From: Poseidonia sp.
Lineage (GTDB): Archaea > Thermoplasmatota > Poseidoniia > Poseidoniales > Poseidoniaceae
DNA length: 64,000 nucleotides
Direction: 5' to 3'
Assembly: GCA_040261535.1 (NCBI GenBank)
Contig: JBDQNU010000008.1
Span: 8,322-72,321 of the forward strand
The notes under the pieces were generated by a model. The model saw only the letters and a program-made list of their open reading frames with translations. It had not been told where the DNA came from and made no database searches. Below are positions 25,577 to 34,986 of the stretch, piece by piece. The position numbers and the translations under genes are program-made. Numbering within the stretch: position 1 is the first letter of the stretch; each line of letters starts with the position of its first letter.

Positions 25577-26395
25577 ATGGGACTACTTGACAAAGCCGGT
25601 ACCACCACCGAAGAAAAAAAGAAACCCGCACCAAAGGCGGTGGCTGTCGCTGCTAAACCAGCAGAACCAGCAAAGGCGAAACCCGTGAAGGTGGCCAAAG
25701 CCGCAAAAGCGACCAAAGCGAAGGCGCCGAAAGCCCGGCCAATGGGTCTTGCCGACGACTATGAACTCGCTTCAAACATGAACCGGCGTATTTCTTGGCT
25801 TGTCAATTTTGCAATCAACTTCGGCGTCTTGTTCGCAGCCCTCTTCATCGCGGCCTCTGACACGGGCATCATCACCACGATTCTCTTTGGCGCTAGCTTT
25901 GCGATCATCATCCTCAACGCCATCTTCATCCCGATGAAGTTTAGCCGAAATCTCGGACAATTTGTTTCGCGGACCAAATTTATTCGAGGAGACGGGTCAA
26001 ACCCCCTCTTTTTGCACGGCATCATGGCCAACACTTCTGGATTGTTGGCTCTTATCGGTTTGATTTTCGTCGGCACCGAATTCCAAAACTTGTCTGAAAA
26101 ACAGACCTCTTCCATCGTTTTCTTTTCGATGGGCACCGTTTTCATCATCGTTTGGTTCATCGATCGGTTTCTGCGAAACGGTAGCGAAATGGGTCAAGGC
26201 ATGTACGATTTGATGTTCCGAGCCTACCTCGTCAAATACATCCCGCCTGAGGATGAGAAGGCGACGGGAATTTGGGCACGTCTCGAGAACATGGGTAATT
26301 TCGGCGACCAAATGATGAAGCGTCAAGAAGAGCGAAAAGCCAAGAAGGAACAAGCCAAGGCCGAAAAGGAAGAAACAACGCCTCAAGAAGACTGA
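25577..26395 (+). CDS. hypothetical membrane protein with a Lys/Ala/Pro-rich N-terminal tail and a Lys/Glu-rich C-terminal tail
   Basis: The N-terminus is MGLLDKAG followed by KKKPAPKAVAVAAKPAEPAKAKPVKVAKAAKATKAKAPKA. About 4 hydrophobic helices follow, then a charged tail. It abuts the previous gene (an alternative GTG 25568 overlaps that gene's stop). Confidence 0.6.
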   Translation: MGLLDKAGTTTEEKKKPAPKAVAVAAKPAEPAKAKPVKVAKAAKATKAKAPKARPMGLADDYELASNMNRRISWLVNFAINFGVLFAALFIAASDTGIITTILFGASFAIIILNAIFIPMKFSRNLGQFVSRTKFIRGDGSNPLFLHGIMANTSGLLALIGLIFVGTEFQNLSEKQTSSIVFFSMGTVFIIVWFIDRFLRNGSEMGQGMYDLMFRAYLVKYIPPEDEKATGIWARLENMGNFGDQMMKRQEERKAKKEQAKAEKEETTPQED

Positions 26396-26411
26396 GCCCA
26401 ACCAATCCCCC

Positions 26412-27422
26412 GTGGTCATTGAGTTGTTGGCGTTTTTGAGGAGACACAACCACATATTACCTGTCCTCGTAGCCTTCGCAGGCATTCTTCTCACAATGTT
26501 TGCCTGGCGCATTTCGCCCAACCTGTCAATCATTGTCGCCGCAGGCGCCCTCTATGCGGTTTACATGGAAGTCATGACACAATGGGCCTTCCGTGCACCG
26601 ATGGCACGAAAACCGAAACTCATTGAAGAGGAATGGAATCCATTGGCCTACGATGTCGCAGGCATTCAGATGTTCACCAATCATGCAGTCGGTGAGCAAG
26701 GTCGCCCGACCGTTTGGATTTGTCACGGGTGGACCTCCGGCTCTCAGCGCATGGTGGGAAGAGCGGAGTCTTTTCGAGCAAAGGGTTGGAACGTGGTCAT
26801 GGTTGATCTTCCCAGTCACGGGGGTTCGCAACGCTTGAGAAAATGGACCGCTGAGGAATCAACAACGTTGGTCATCGGCTCCATAAATCGGCTCGCAGAT
26901 GAATTTCCATCGTTGTTCGAAGGACCCGTCTATTATTACGGGCACTCCATGGGCGCTTTCATCGGTCTTCGAATCAGCAAGCGGCGAGATGAAGTGGCCT
27001 TCGGAGAAAAGCTGGCCGGATGGGTGTTTGAATCTCCGATGACGGGTTATACAGAAATTTTCGAGGAAACGTGTCGTCTGCTCCGCGTACCTCGCTTCCT
27101 TCGCCCCGTATTGCTTCGCAAAACCATCCGCCACGTGAACGCTATCAACCAACGGCCTCAACCGCTGTACCAACTCCTCGAAGCCGATATGCCCCTTTGG
27201 GGGATGCCTCGGGAACCGCTTCTCTTGGTTCAGGCACAACCCGACGAGCGTTTGGGGAATGCTCACCACCAGCGACTTGAAAGCACCATGCAAGAGGCTG
27301 GAGTAGAGCATTTGCTCTCGGCTTACTATCTCGAATCTTTGAGACATTCCGGCGCTGCCGTACACGATGAGCGAGACCGATTGGTCTCACAATGGATTGA
27401 CGTTCACTCGTCTTCTGAGTGA
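26412..27422 (+). CDS. alpha/beta-hydrolase fold protein, membrane-anchored
   Basis: There are two N-terminal hydrophobic helices, HGWTS, the nucleophile elbow GHSMGA, and a late His. Confidence 0.7.
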   Translation: MVIELLAFLRRHNHILPVLVAFAGILLTMFAWRISPNLSIIVAAGALYAVYMEVMTQWAFRAPMARKPKLIEEEWNPLAYDVAGIQMFTNHAVGEQGRPTVWICHGWTSGSQRMVGRAESFRAKGWNVVMVDLPSHGGSQRLRKWTAEESTTLVIGSINRLADEFPSLFEGPVYYYGHSMGAFIGLRISKRRDEVAFGEKLAGWVFESPMTGYTEIFEETCRLLRVPRFLRPVLLRKTIRHVNAINQRPQPLYQLLEADMPLWGMPREPLLLVQAQPDERLGNAHHQRLESTMQEAGVEHLLSAYYLESLRHSGAAVHDERDRLVSQWIDVHSSSE

Positions 27423-28489
27423 GCAGCTTGCTCCCGAGCAAGTTCTCGCATGTCTTCAACTTCGTCGAGTTCATCAACGATTTCTTTTCCAAGCAGGGTT
27501 TCCATGATGTCCTCCATGGTCAAAATACCCGAGGTTCCACCAAACTCGTCTTTGACAAGAGCAAATTGCTGGCGGTTCGTTAACAAGACGTCCAGTGCGT
27601 CCTCGATGGTGGACCCTAACTCAAGCGTAAGAATGGGCTTCATCAGGCTCTTGAGAGTGGTGTCCCATTCATCACGACTTGCGGCCATCAGAATCTCGGA
27701 GCGAATCACCAGGCCCTGAACATTATCGATGTTTTCTTCGTAGACTGGAATCCGTGAGAATCGAAGGATGGTGTTTTCGTCAAGAATTTCTTTGATGGTA
27801 GAACTCATGTCAAATGCACTGAGGACGACGCGCGGTGTCATTTCGTCTTCAACCATAATTTCCCGCAAGCGAAGAAGGTTGTGAATGACGGTTTCCTCGT
27901 TTGTCTCGAGGGCGCCTCCAATTTCTCCCAAATCAGCCATTGCGGCGACATCATCACGGGTAACCACAGAATGGCTGGAGGAAGGCAAGATGGACTTCAG
28001 AAGTTGGATGGGGCCGATCAGAACAAACAGCAATTTGGTCATCCATGTCAGAACGTAGGCCGAGGGCGTGGATAATCTCTTCCAGTAGGCTGCACCCAAC
28101 GTTTTGGGAATGATCTCCGACAAAAAGAGGACGGCAAGCGTAAGCACCGCCGAGGCAAACGTCAAAACTTCAACGCCCCATATTTGCTGTACTTGCGAAC
28201 CAACGCCGGCAGCTCCCATGGTGTGAGCGACTGTGTTGAGCGTCAAGATGGCCGTCAAGGGCCGTACAGAATCGTCATCTTTGAGGTGCTCCCACATTTG
28301 AGCGGTCCTCTTGCCTTCATTTTTGAGGATGTTAACATGGGTTTGTGGGGTGGAGAGCACGACGGCCTCGAGAATTGAACAGAGGAACGAAACACCGAGT
28401 GCTAACGTGATGTAGAAAATCAGGAGACGAATGTCGCCCTCGCCTGTTGCCTGTGCAGTTGTAACTGCGCTAAATGCGTCGATGAGCAT
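27404..28489 (-). CDS. CNNM/DUF21 transmembrane domain plus CBS-pair protein (CorB/HlyC-like divalent-cation transporter)
   Basis: The DUF21 N-terminus has SFLCSILEAVVLS...EIIPKTLG. Then come MTPRVVLSAF...RIPVY and FALVKDEFGGTSGILTMEDI, which are CBS motifs. Confidence 0.8.
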   Translation of the reverse strand: MLIDAFSAVTTAQATGEGDIRLLIFYITLALGVSFLCSILEAVVLSTPQTHVNILKNEGKRTAQMWEHLKDDDSVRPLTAILTLNTVAHTMGAAGVGSQVQQIWGVEVLTFASAVLTLAVLFLSEIIPKTLGAAYWKRLSTPSAYVLTWMTKLLFVLIGPIQLLKSILPSSSHSVVTRDDVAAMADLGEIGGALETNEETVIHNLLRLREIMVEDEMTPRVVLSAFDMSSTIKEILDENTILRFSRIPVYEENIDNVQGLVIRSEILMAASRDEWDTTLKSLMKPILTLELGSTIEDALDVLLTNRQQFALVKDEFGGTSGILTMEDIMETLLGKEIVDELDEVEDMRELAREQAAHSEDE

Positions 28490-28646
28490 GGCTTGTCCAA
28501 GACCCCTGTCCGATTGGGAGTATACCTCTCCACGAGAGATGGGTTCTTCAAAATGACGCCTCTTTCACTCAACAGCATCGGTGTTGAACTCGTGGGGGGT
28601 GAACCTCAAGAAGCGGGTGCAACTCCCCGTTCTTAGGGGGGTTGGA

Positions 28647-30899
28647 ATGACGGGCGAACACGTGTTGATTTGTGTCGCTTGGCCCTATGCGAACGGCCCC
28701 CTCCATCTGGGCCACGTGGCTGGATGTTACCTTCCCCCCGATATTCAATTTCGGTTTGAACGCGCTCTTGGTAATCGGGTCCTGATGGTGTCGGGGTCCG
28801 ATGAACACGGTACGCCGATCACGGTGACCGCAGAACAGGAGGGTGTCGATCCCCAAGAGGTCGTTGACCGATTTCACGCCATCAACGCCAAGGCATTGGA
28901 CGACCTTGGTTGCGCTTGGTCCACCCACACGGACACAAGAGGTGTTGAATTCGGTGGCGCCCTCTTCAACCGGACGAGCGACCCTGAACACAAACGAATC
29001 GTTCAGGAGAACTTTGTCGCACTGGAAAAAGCCGGGCTGTTTGAACGGAAAGCCACCGAACAATATTTCGAACTGGATGGAGAGGGCGGGGGGCGTTTTC
29101 TACCCGATAGGTACGTGGAAGGCTCGTGTCCCGTCTGTGAAACCGATGGTGCTCGGGGAGACCAATGCGATGCCTGTGGAGCCACGTATGAGGCCGTGGA
29201 ATTGCGGAATCCAATTTCCAAAATGAGACCCGATGCCAAGGTCGAGATTCGCGAGACTGAGCACCTCTTCTATCGCCTCGACCTCTTTCAAGATGCGCTT
29301 GAGGGTCATGCAAACGACCGCCATGCCGTATGGAAATCAAACGTGCGAGCCATGACCAAACAATGGCTTGACATGGGCCTGCGTCCGCGTGCCGTTACCC
29401 GTGATTTGGAGTGGGGAATTTCCGTCCCCCTCCAAGGTGAAGCGTGGGATGGCAAGTGCGTATACGTCTGGTTCGAAGCGGTGCAAGGATACTACACGTG
29501 TGCACAAATTTGGGCGTCCCGCTTTGCTCAAGTCCATCCCGATGGAGACGAAGCATGGAAGCGGTGGTGGACGCTCGATGAAGACGGACATGCTCCTCGA
29601 CATTTGTATTTCTTGGGCAAGGACAACATTCCGTTCCACACGGTGATCTGGCCCGCTCTTATTCTGGGACTCAATCATGCGAAAAACGGGAAGACCTTCG
29701 CCGATCCAATCGGCCTTCCTGGGCCGATGGATTACGCACTCGCCACGAACGTCCCCGCCATGGAATACTTGATGCTCGCAGGAGGACAGTTTTCGAAATC
29801 AAGAAAACACGCTGTTTGGCTACCTTCGTTTTTGGAACGGTACGACCCCGATACGCTGCGTTACTACCTTTCCATCAACATGCCTGAGCAACACGACACG
29901 GACTTCAATTGGCCCGACTTTGTCGAGAAAGTCAACAGTGAATTGATTGCAGCCTACGGTAACTTCGTCCATAGGGTTCTCACGCTCGGCGAGCGGCTCC
30001 CCCTACTGGAAAACGCATCCCCCTTCACCCCATACGACGGACATGCCTGCATTCACGAGCATCAGCATCATTTGGAGGCCGCACTTGATGAGATTACGGA
30101 TTCCCTAAAGCGTCACCGATTCAAGGAGGCTCTCCGCGGGATCATGAACGTCGCTCAATACGGGAACCAGACCCTGCAAGCGGCAGCACCGTGGAAACAC
30201 CTCAAAGAGCCACAAGACGGACACGAAGAAAGTCTAGCCAACTTGGCCTTTTGTTGGCGCATCGCACGTTTCCTTGCCATCACGACGCACCCCTTCATGC
30301 CTCTGAGCGCTCAGCGGCTCTGGAACAGTCTGGGGTTGGAAGGTCAAGTTGAGGACGTTCTTTGGGGCGAGGCCGTGAACTGGGATGCCCCTCTCGGCTG
30401 GTCAAGCCAGCGACCGGAACCTCTGTTCAAACGCCTGGACCTTGAGGAAATTCTTGAGGTAGAGCAGGGATTGGTTGAGGAAACGGTCGAAGAAACGCCC
30501 ACGATTCATGGTGTAAAGGGCGGTAAAAAGACAGGAGGAAAAAAAATGAGCAACGAAGACGAAGGCATCCAGTATGTGGATTTTGAGACATTTATGAAAG
30601 TAAACCTACGTGTAGGCCGCATCCTTCGCGTGGAAGACCATCCCAATGCAGACAAACTCTATGTCGTTAAACTGGACGACGGAAGTGGAACCGAGCGAAC
30701 CATTTGTGCCGGCCTGAAGGCCTATTACGCTGCATCAGACATGGAAGGGAAGCTTGTCGTGTTTGTTGAAAACCTTGCACCTCGCCCCTTACGGGGCGTG
30801 ACCTCGGAAGGCATGATGCTCGCTGCTGACGACGGCTCCGGTACAGTTCGCCTCATCACCGTTGACGGGGAAATGCCAACCGGTTCAACGGTTCGGTGA
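28647..30899 (+). CDS. metG: methionine--tRNA ligase with C-terminal tRNA-binding (EMAP/Trbp111-like) domain
   Basis: WPYANGPLHLGHVAG (HIGH), a CPVC...CDAC knuckle, QFSKSRKH (KMSKS) and the C-terminal KLYVVKLDDGSG...ICAGL are present. Start trimmed to ATG 28647. Confidence 0.9.
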   Translation: MTGEHVLICVAWPYANGPLHLGHVAGCYLPPDIQFRFERALGNRVLMVSGSDEHGTPITVTAEQEGVDPQEVVDRFHAINAKALDDLGCAWSTHTDTRGVEFGGALFNRTSDPEHKRIVQENFVALEKAGLFERKATEQYFELDGEGGGRFLPDRYVEGSCPVCETDGARGDQCDACGATYEAVELRNPISKMRPDAKVEIRETEHLFYRLDLFQDALEGHANDRHAVWKSNVRAMTKQWLDMGLRPRAVTRDLEWGISVPLQGEAWDGKCVYVWFEAVQGYYTCAQIWASRFAQVHPDGDEAWKRWWTLDEDGHAPRHLYFLGKDNIPFHTVIWPALILGLNHAKNGKTFADPIGLPGPMDYALATNVPAMEYLMLAGGQFSKSRKHAVWLPSFLERYDPDTLRYYLSINMPEQHDTDFNWPDFVEKVNSELIAAYGNFVHRVLTLGERLPLLENASPFTPYDGHACIHEHQHHLEAALDEITDSLKRHRFKEALRGIMNVAQYGNQTLQAAAPWKHLKEPQDGHEESLANLAFCWRIARFLAITTHPFMPLSAQRLWNSLGLEGQVEDVLWGEAVNWDAPLGWSSQRPEPLFKRLDLEEILEVEQGLVEETVEETPTIHGVKGGKKTGGKKMSNEDEGIQYVDFETFMKVNLRVGRILRVEDHPNADKLYVVKLDDGSGTERTICAGLKAYYAASDMEGKLVVFVENLAPRPLRGVTSEGMMLAADDGSGTVRLITVDGEMPTGSTVR

Positions 30900-30901
30900 G
30901 G

Positions 30902-31531
30902 TCATTCCTCGAGACGGTCCCGCACGGCTTGCATGATTTCTCGTGAAATCACCTTCACTTCGTTCTTCAGCGTCAACAAGTCTGACCTGAGTTCACTCCC
31001 CAATTCTTTGGGAAGGGAGCCGAGGTTGATTTCGACATTGAAAACGGCGCCTTTTGCTGCAGCGCTGGCGAGGAGACCGGCCACTCCGACATCGGAGACA
31101 GCGTTGCCGTTTCCTCGTTTTGCGAGTTCAGGGAGGTGTTTCATCAACGCCAACGCCGACCGTGCGGTTTCGTAGGGAATTTCCGCAGCCACCAAAGTGG
31201 CTTTCCGAATGGCATCTCGGCGTTCTGTTTTTTCTGCATCGGTGGACTTCGGCAGTTTGAAACTGCCCATAACGCCGTCAAAGGCATCGCTGTCGGCTTG
31301 CGCCAATTCACCAGCTCTGTTCAAGAGTGGAATGGCTACCGTTTGGGCCGCTTCAGCAACGGCCCACCCGTCGGCCCATTTTTCGTTTCCAAGGGTCAAA
31401 TCGCAGACCATAACCGTCAGGGATGCGGCTTGTCCGAGCGCAACGGCAGCAGCGGTTCCTCCACCTGGTGTGGGCGAGGAGGAGGCCAACGCTGATTGGA
31501 AGTCACGCAATGTCATGTCCATCCAATTCAA
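30902..31531 (-). CDS. formimidoyltetrahydrofolate cyclodeaminase
   Basis: FQSALASSSPTPGGGTAAAVALGQAASL is the typical FTCD C-domain N-terminus. Length is about 209 aa. The start overlaps the stop of the formimidoyltransferase gene. Confidence 0.85.
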   Translation of the reverse strand: MNWMDMTLRDFQSALASSSPTPGGGTAAAVALGQAASLTVMVCDLTLGNEKWADGWAVAEAAQTVAIPLLNRAGELAQADSDAFDGVMGSFKLPKSTDAEKTERRDAIRKATLVAAEIPYETARSALALMKHLPELAKRGNGNAVSDVGVAGLLASAAAKGAVFNVEINLGSLPKELGSELRSDLLTLKNEVKVISREIMQAVRDRLEE

Positions 31532-32574
31532 TTGCCCACCTCCGATTCAATGGCCCATTCAATAATATGTTCACGCGGTGAAAACCGGTGATGAGCGTTC
31601 AGACCAAGTCCGATGACAGCTGCATTAACGAGCGCCTCGTCGTTTTCCGCTTGAGGTTCAAAGAATCGCCCTGCCTCAAGCATGGCTTGGAGTGGCACCA
31701 ATCCAACGATTTCGCTCCCGCACAAGGCAACGCCATGATCGCCGGCGATGCTTTCGCATGTTTTGAAGGCAAGATGAAGGGGGCAAGCATCCACATCGAG
31801 CAGATTCATGGATACTTGAGATATGCCCAATTCCTCAAGAGGGACGCCCATGCCTTGGACGTTTGGCAGCATGCCCTTTGCTCGGATTTTTTCCCCGTTT
31901 TCACTTTTCAAGAGGCGGCCGCTGCTGCGAACCAATGACCCCACCATCTTGGCGACCGTCGCATCACGCTCCTCAACGTTGACGTTGTAGGCAACAAGAA
32001 TCGGTCGTGCTCCGACGGTAATGGCTCCCGAACGCCTTGTCGCTTCGTTCCATTTCTGGCCCCCAGCATCGGGGAATCGTGTCGATGAACCATGTACGGT
32101 TTCTCCTCCCGACAACCTTGCCTCCAAACCTTCGTACTCCCCTTTCCGCAAGGTCGAGAGCAATGTTCGCTCATCGCCCGCCGCAGCCTTGCCGTAAAGG
32201 AACAAGGGGATGTCATGGAGGGCAGCAATCCTGTCTGCCGTTTGTCTGGCGAGGTCTGCACACGCATCGAGACCAATGCCACGAAGAGGTACAAACGGGC
32301 ACACATCAACAGCTCCCATTCGTGGATGTTCACCGGTGTGTTGGGACATGTCGATAAGGTCAATGCTTGCGTTGATGAGCGCCACGGCTCCTTCCACTAC
32401 AGCATCGGGGGCGCCAGCAAACGTGATGACCGTTCGATGGTAATCGTGGTCGGGTTCAACTCCTAAAACCGTGCAACCCGGTACAGCGCGGACCGCATCG
32501 ACGATTTGCTCAATCTTGTCGAGGTCCCGACCCTCCGAGATGTTTGGGACGCATTCAACCAGGGGGGAATTCAT
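31528..32574 (-). CDS. glutamate formimidoyltransferase
   Basis: LVECVPNISEGRD, DYHRTVITF and HPRMGAVDVCPFVPL are signatures of the FTCD N-terminal domain. Confidence 0.85.
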   Translation of the reverse strand: MNSPLVECVPNISEGRDLDKIEQIVDAVRAVPGCTVLGVEPDHDYHRTVITFAGAPDAVVEGAVALINASIDLIDMSQHTGEHPRMGAVDVCPFVPLRGIGLDACADLARQTADRIAALHDIPLFLYGKAAAGDERTLLSTLRKGEYEGLEARLSGGETVHGSSTRFPDAGGQKWNEATRRSGAITVGARPILVAYNVNVEERDATVAKMVGSLVRSSGRLLKSENGEKIRAKGMLPNVQGMGVPLEELGISQVSMNLLDVDACPLHLAFKTCESIAGDHGVALCGSEIVGLVPLQAMLEAGRFFEPQAENDEALVNAAVIGLGLNAHHRFSPREHIIEWAIESEVGN

Positions 32575-32619
32575 GGTTCGCGTCTCGTGAATCGGTCTTT
32601 CAATGTTCGTTGATTGAGT

Positions 32620-33852
32620 TCACGAGTAAAGAGCCTCGGGGGACCTCATGGTGGAACCTTGACTTCGCTTCTTGTCCAACCGCGCTACGGCGTCCATCAA
32701 ATCGGATTGACGAACCGAGGAGCGTCCGTCCCGAATAGCGATCATTCCCGCTTCAACACAGGTCGCCTTCAACTCAGCACCGGAATAGCCGTTTGTGCGC
32801 TCAACAACCCGTGCAATGCTAACTTTTGTGGTGTTCATTGCTCCGAGATGGACGCTAAGAATCGCTTTTCTCGAAGATTCATCGGGAATTGGGATTTCAA
32901 TGACTCGATCAAACCGGCCCGGGCGAAGGAGCGCATCGTCGAGAATGTCCGGGCGGTTCGTGGCCGCAATAATTTTCACATCGTGAAGGGCATCAAATCC
33001 ATCAAGTTCAGCTAGAAGTTGCATGAGTGTACGCTGAACCTCTCGATCCCCACTGGTTGATCCGTCTAGGCGTTTAGCCCCAATAGCGTCAATTTCATCC
33101 AAGAAAATGACACTTGGTGCTTTTTCTTTGGCGAGCGAAAACAACTCTCGAACCATGCGCCCGCCTTCACCGATGTATTTCTGAGCCAACTCACTTCCAA
33201 CCATTCGAATAAACGTCGCCTCGGTGTGGTTTGCAACGGCCTTTGCGAGCAGGGTTTTTCCGCAGCCCGGAGGCCCAACCAAAAGAACACCTTTTGGAGG
33301 TACGATGCCGACTTTTTCGAACAATTCGGGTTTAACGAGGGGGAGTTCTATCGCCTCACGAACCGATTCAACTTGGTCGTCAAGGCCGGCGACGTCATCG
33401 TAGGTGATGGTGGGTTTTTCGACCATTTCGGCGCCGCTTACCATCGGGTCCCATGCCTCGTGGAGAACTTCGATCACGGATAGGCTGTCTTGGTTAAGCG
33501 CTACACGCGTACCGGGTTTGAGCAGTTCCGGTTCAAGACGTTGGTTTAACGAGACCTGGAAAACCGTTCCGTTTGAAGAACGAACGATGGCCCGCTCGTG
33601 GTCGAGGATGTCTTGAATGTGCCCGATGATCAGCGGGGGCATCTTGAGCAGGTTGACGTTCTCTTCCAAGCGGTCTATTTTTTTCCTTAACTGGCGAACA
33701 TCGGCTTCAAGCGTGTTTCGTTCGTTGATGAGTTGTTGCGATTCATCCCGAAGTGCAGCGTAGGATTCTTCGAGTTGGCGCAGGTCTTCCTCTGCCGTGT
33801 TGGGCATGGCGGATTCGTTTCGTTCAACATCTGTACCCATGTGTATCAACAT
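32620..33852 (-). CDS. pan: proteasome-activating nucleotidase (PAN, AAA+ ATPase)
   Basis: It has an N-terminal coiled coil and an OB segment (IVRSSNGTVFQV), Walker A GPPGCGKT, Walker B IFLDEID, and a C-terminal HbYX-like LYS. Confidence 0.9.
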   Translation of the reverse strand: MLIHMGTDVERNESAMPNTAEEDLRQLEESYAALRDESQQLINERNTLEADVRQLRKKIDRLEENVNLLKMPPLIIGHIQDILDHERAIVRSSNGTVFQVSLNQRLEPELLKPGTRVALNQDSLSVIEVLHEAWDPMVSGAEMVEKPTITYDDVAGLDDQVESVREAIELPLVKPELFEKVGIVPPKGVLLVGPPGCGKTLLAKAVANHTEATFIRMVGSELAQKYIGEGGRMVRELFSLAKEKAPSVIFLDEIDAIGAKRLDGSTSGDREVQRTLMQLLAELDGFDALHDVKIIAATNRPDILDDALLRPGRFDRVIEIPIPDESSRKAILSVHLGAMNTTKVSIARVVERTNGYSGAELKATCVEAGMIAIRDGRSSVRQSDLMDAVARLDKKRSQGSTMRSPEALYS

Positions 33853-33947
33853 GAATGCCGAGTCAACAGTCCTTAAAGGCTCCTTGGGCAGTTTCCATAC
33901 AACTGGAAATGGAAGAGTTGAAAGGGCGTCGCGAGGGGTAGGTCTTC

Positions 33948-34427
33948 ATGGGCGAATGTGAACTGTGCGGTGCGGTCAAGGTCAGCGTTCGTCAGGTTCG
34001 GACGGGAAAAACCGAAGTTCTCGCATGTTCAAGATGTACAGAGAAACTCAACCTCGGACCGAAAGGCGAAGCTCCTGGCCTCCAGCAATCTCGCCACCGC
34101 ACCGGAGGAGGGGCACCTCGGAAGCGAAACGATCTTATGGCCCGGGGGCAAAAGGAACTCGCTCCTGATTTTCACAAGCGCATCGCCCGAGGACGAAACG
34201 CTCGAGGTTTGTCGCAGGTCCAACTTGCAAAGGAAATGGCAGAAACCGTCAACGTCATCAAAAGTGCGGAGTCGGGGAAGCGACCAACGGATGCTGTTAT
34301 CAAGAAATTTGAGTCTGCGTTGGGCATTGAGTTGATGGTTGAACGGGAAGCGGAAGAGACCCGTTTTGTCAATTCAGGGAATTCACGCGGCATGACTTTT
34401 GGAGATTATTTCAACAACATGGGGTGA
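33948..34427 (+). CDS. mbf1: archaeal multiprotein-bridging factor 1 (zinc ribbon plus HTH)
   Basis: CELCG...CSRC forms an N-terminal ribbon. The HTH_3-like segment is IARGRNARGLSQVQLAKEMAETVNVIKSAESGKR. Confidence 0.8.
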   Translation: MGECELCGAVKVSVRQVRTGKTEVLACSRCTEKLNLGPKGEAPGLQQSRHRTGGGAPRKRNDLMARGQKELAPDFHKRIARGRNARGLSQVQLAKEMAETVNVIKSAESGKRPTDAVIKKFESALGIELMVEREAEETRFVNSGNSRGMTFGDYFNNMG

Positions 34428-34986
34428 ACTTCTGAAGGTTCCCGTCCATGCATTGTGGCTTGCACAGGACGACCCCCGGAAAAACACGGCGGTTCTCGCC
34501 AGCAAGCGGGGAAACCTGAAGCTGCACAAATCGGTGCGCACGCTCCCAAAAAAGGGCATAATCCTCGAACCGCTTTGCGGCAAGGTGTTTGGTCCGGAAG
34601 ACCACGAACTTTTGCTCAATCAACGAGGCTCACTGGTGGGGTTGGATTGCAGTTGGGCCCACATTGAAGCCTCGGTTGAGGCCGTGATGAAGCAAACACG
34701 CCTTCAAGCGCGAACGCTGCCCCTTCTTCTCGCTGCCAATCCTGTCAATTGGGGAAAACCCAGCCGATTAACAACGGCGGAAGCCCTTGCAACCGTCCTC
34801 TCGTTGATCGGTGAAGATGACCAGGCCCGGGATGTCTTGGGAGCGTTTCGTTGGGGGGAACGGTTTTTCGAATTGAACAGGGAACCGTTGGAGGCCTATG
34901 CCGGTGCAAAAAACAGCCAAGAACTCGTCGACTTGCAGTTTGAATTCTTTGATGTCCACCTTGATGATGAGGGGGAACCTGCATGA
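34399..34986 (+). CDS. tsr3: 16S rRNA aminocarboxypropyltransferase Tsr3 (DUF367)
   Basis: QDDPRKNTA, GLDCSW and LLAANPVNWGKPSRLTTAEALA are present. An ATG start at 34399 would overlap mbf1 by 29 nt, so the true start is uncertain. Confidence 0.75.
   Translation: MEIISTTWGELLKVPVHALWLAQDDPRKNTAVLASKRGNLKLHKSVRTLPKKGIILEPLCGKVFGPEDHELLLNQRGSLVGLDCSWAHIEASVEAVMKQTRLQARTLPLLLAANPVNWGKPSRLTTAEALATVLSLIGEDDQARDVLGAFRWGERFFELNREPLEAYAGAKNSQELVDLQFEFFDVHLDDEGEPA

Noticed and set aside
34399-34427. The 29-nt overlap between mbf1 and tsr3 as possible programmed recoding
   Set aside because: It is more simply explained by an uncertain tsr3 start codon. The conserved Tsr3 sequence begins only around residue 12 or later.
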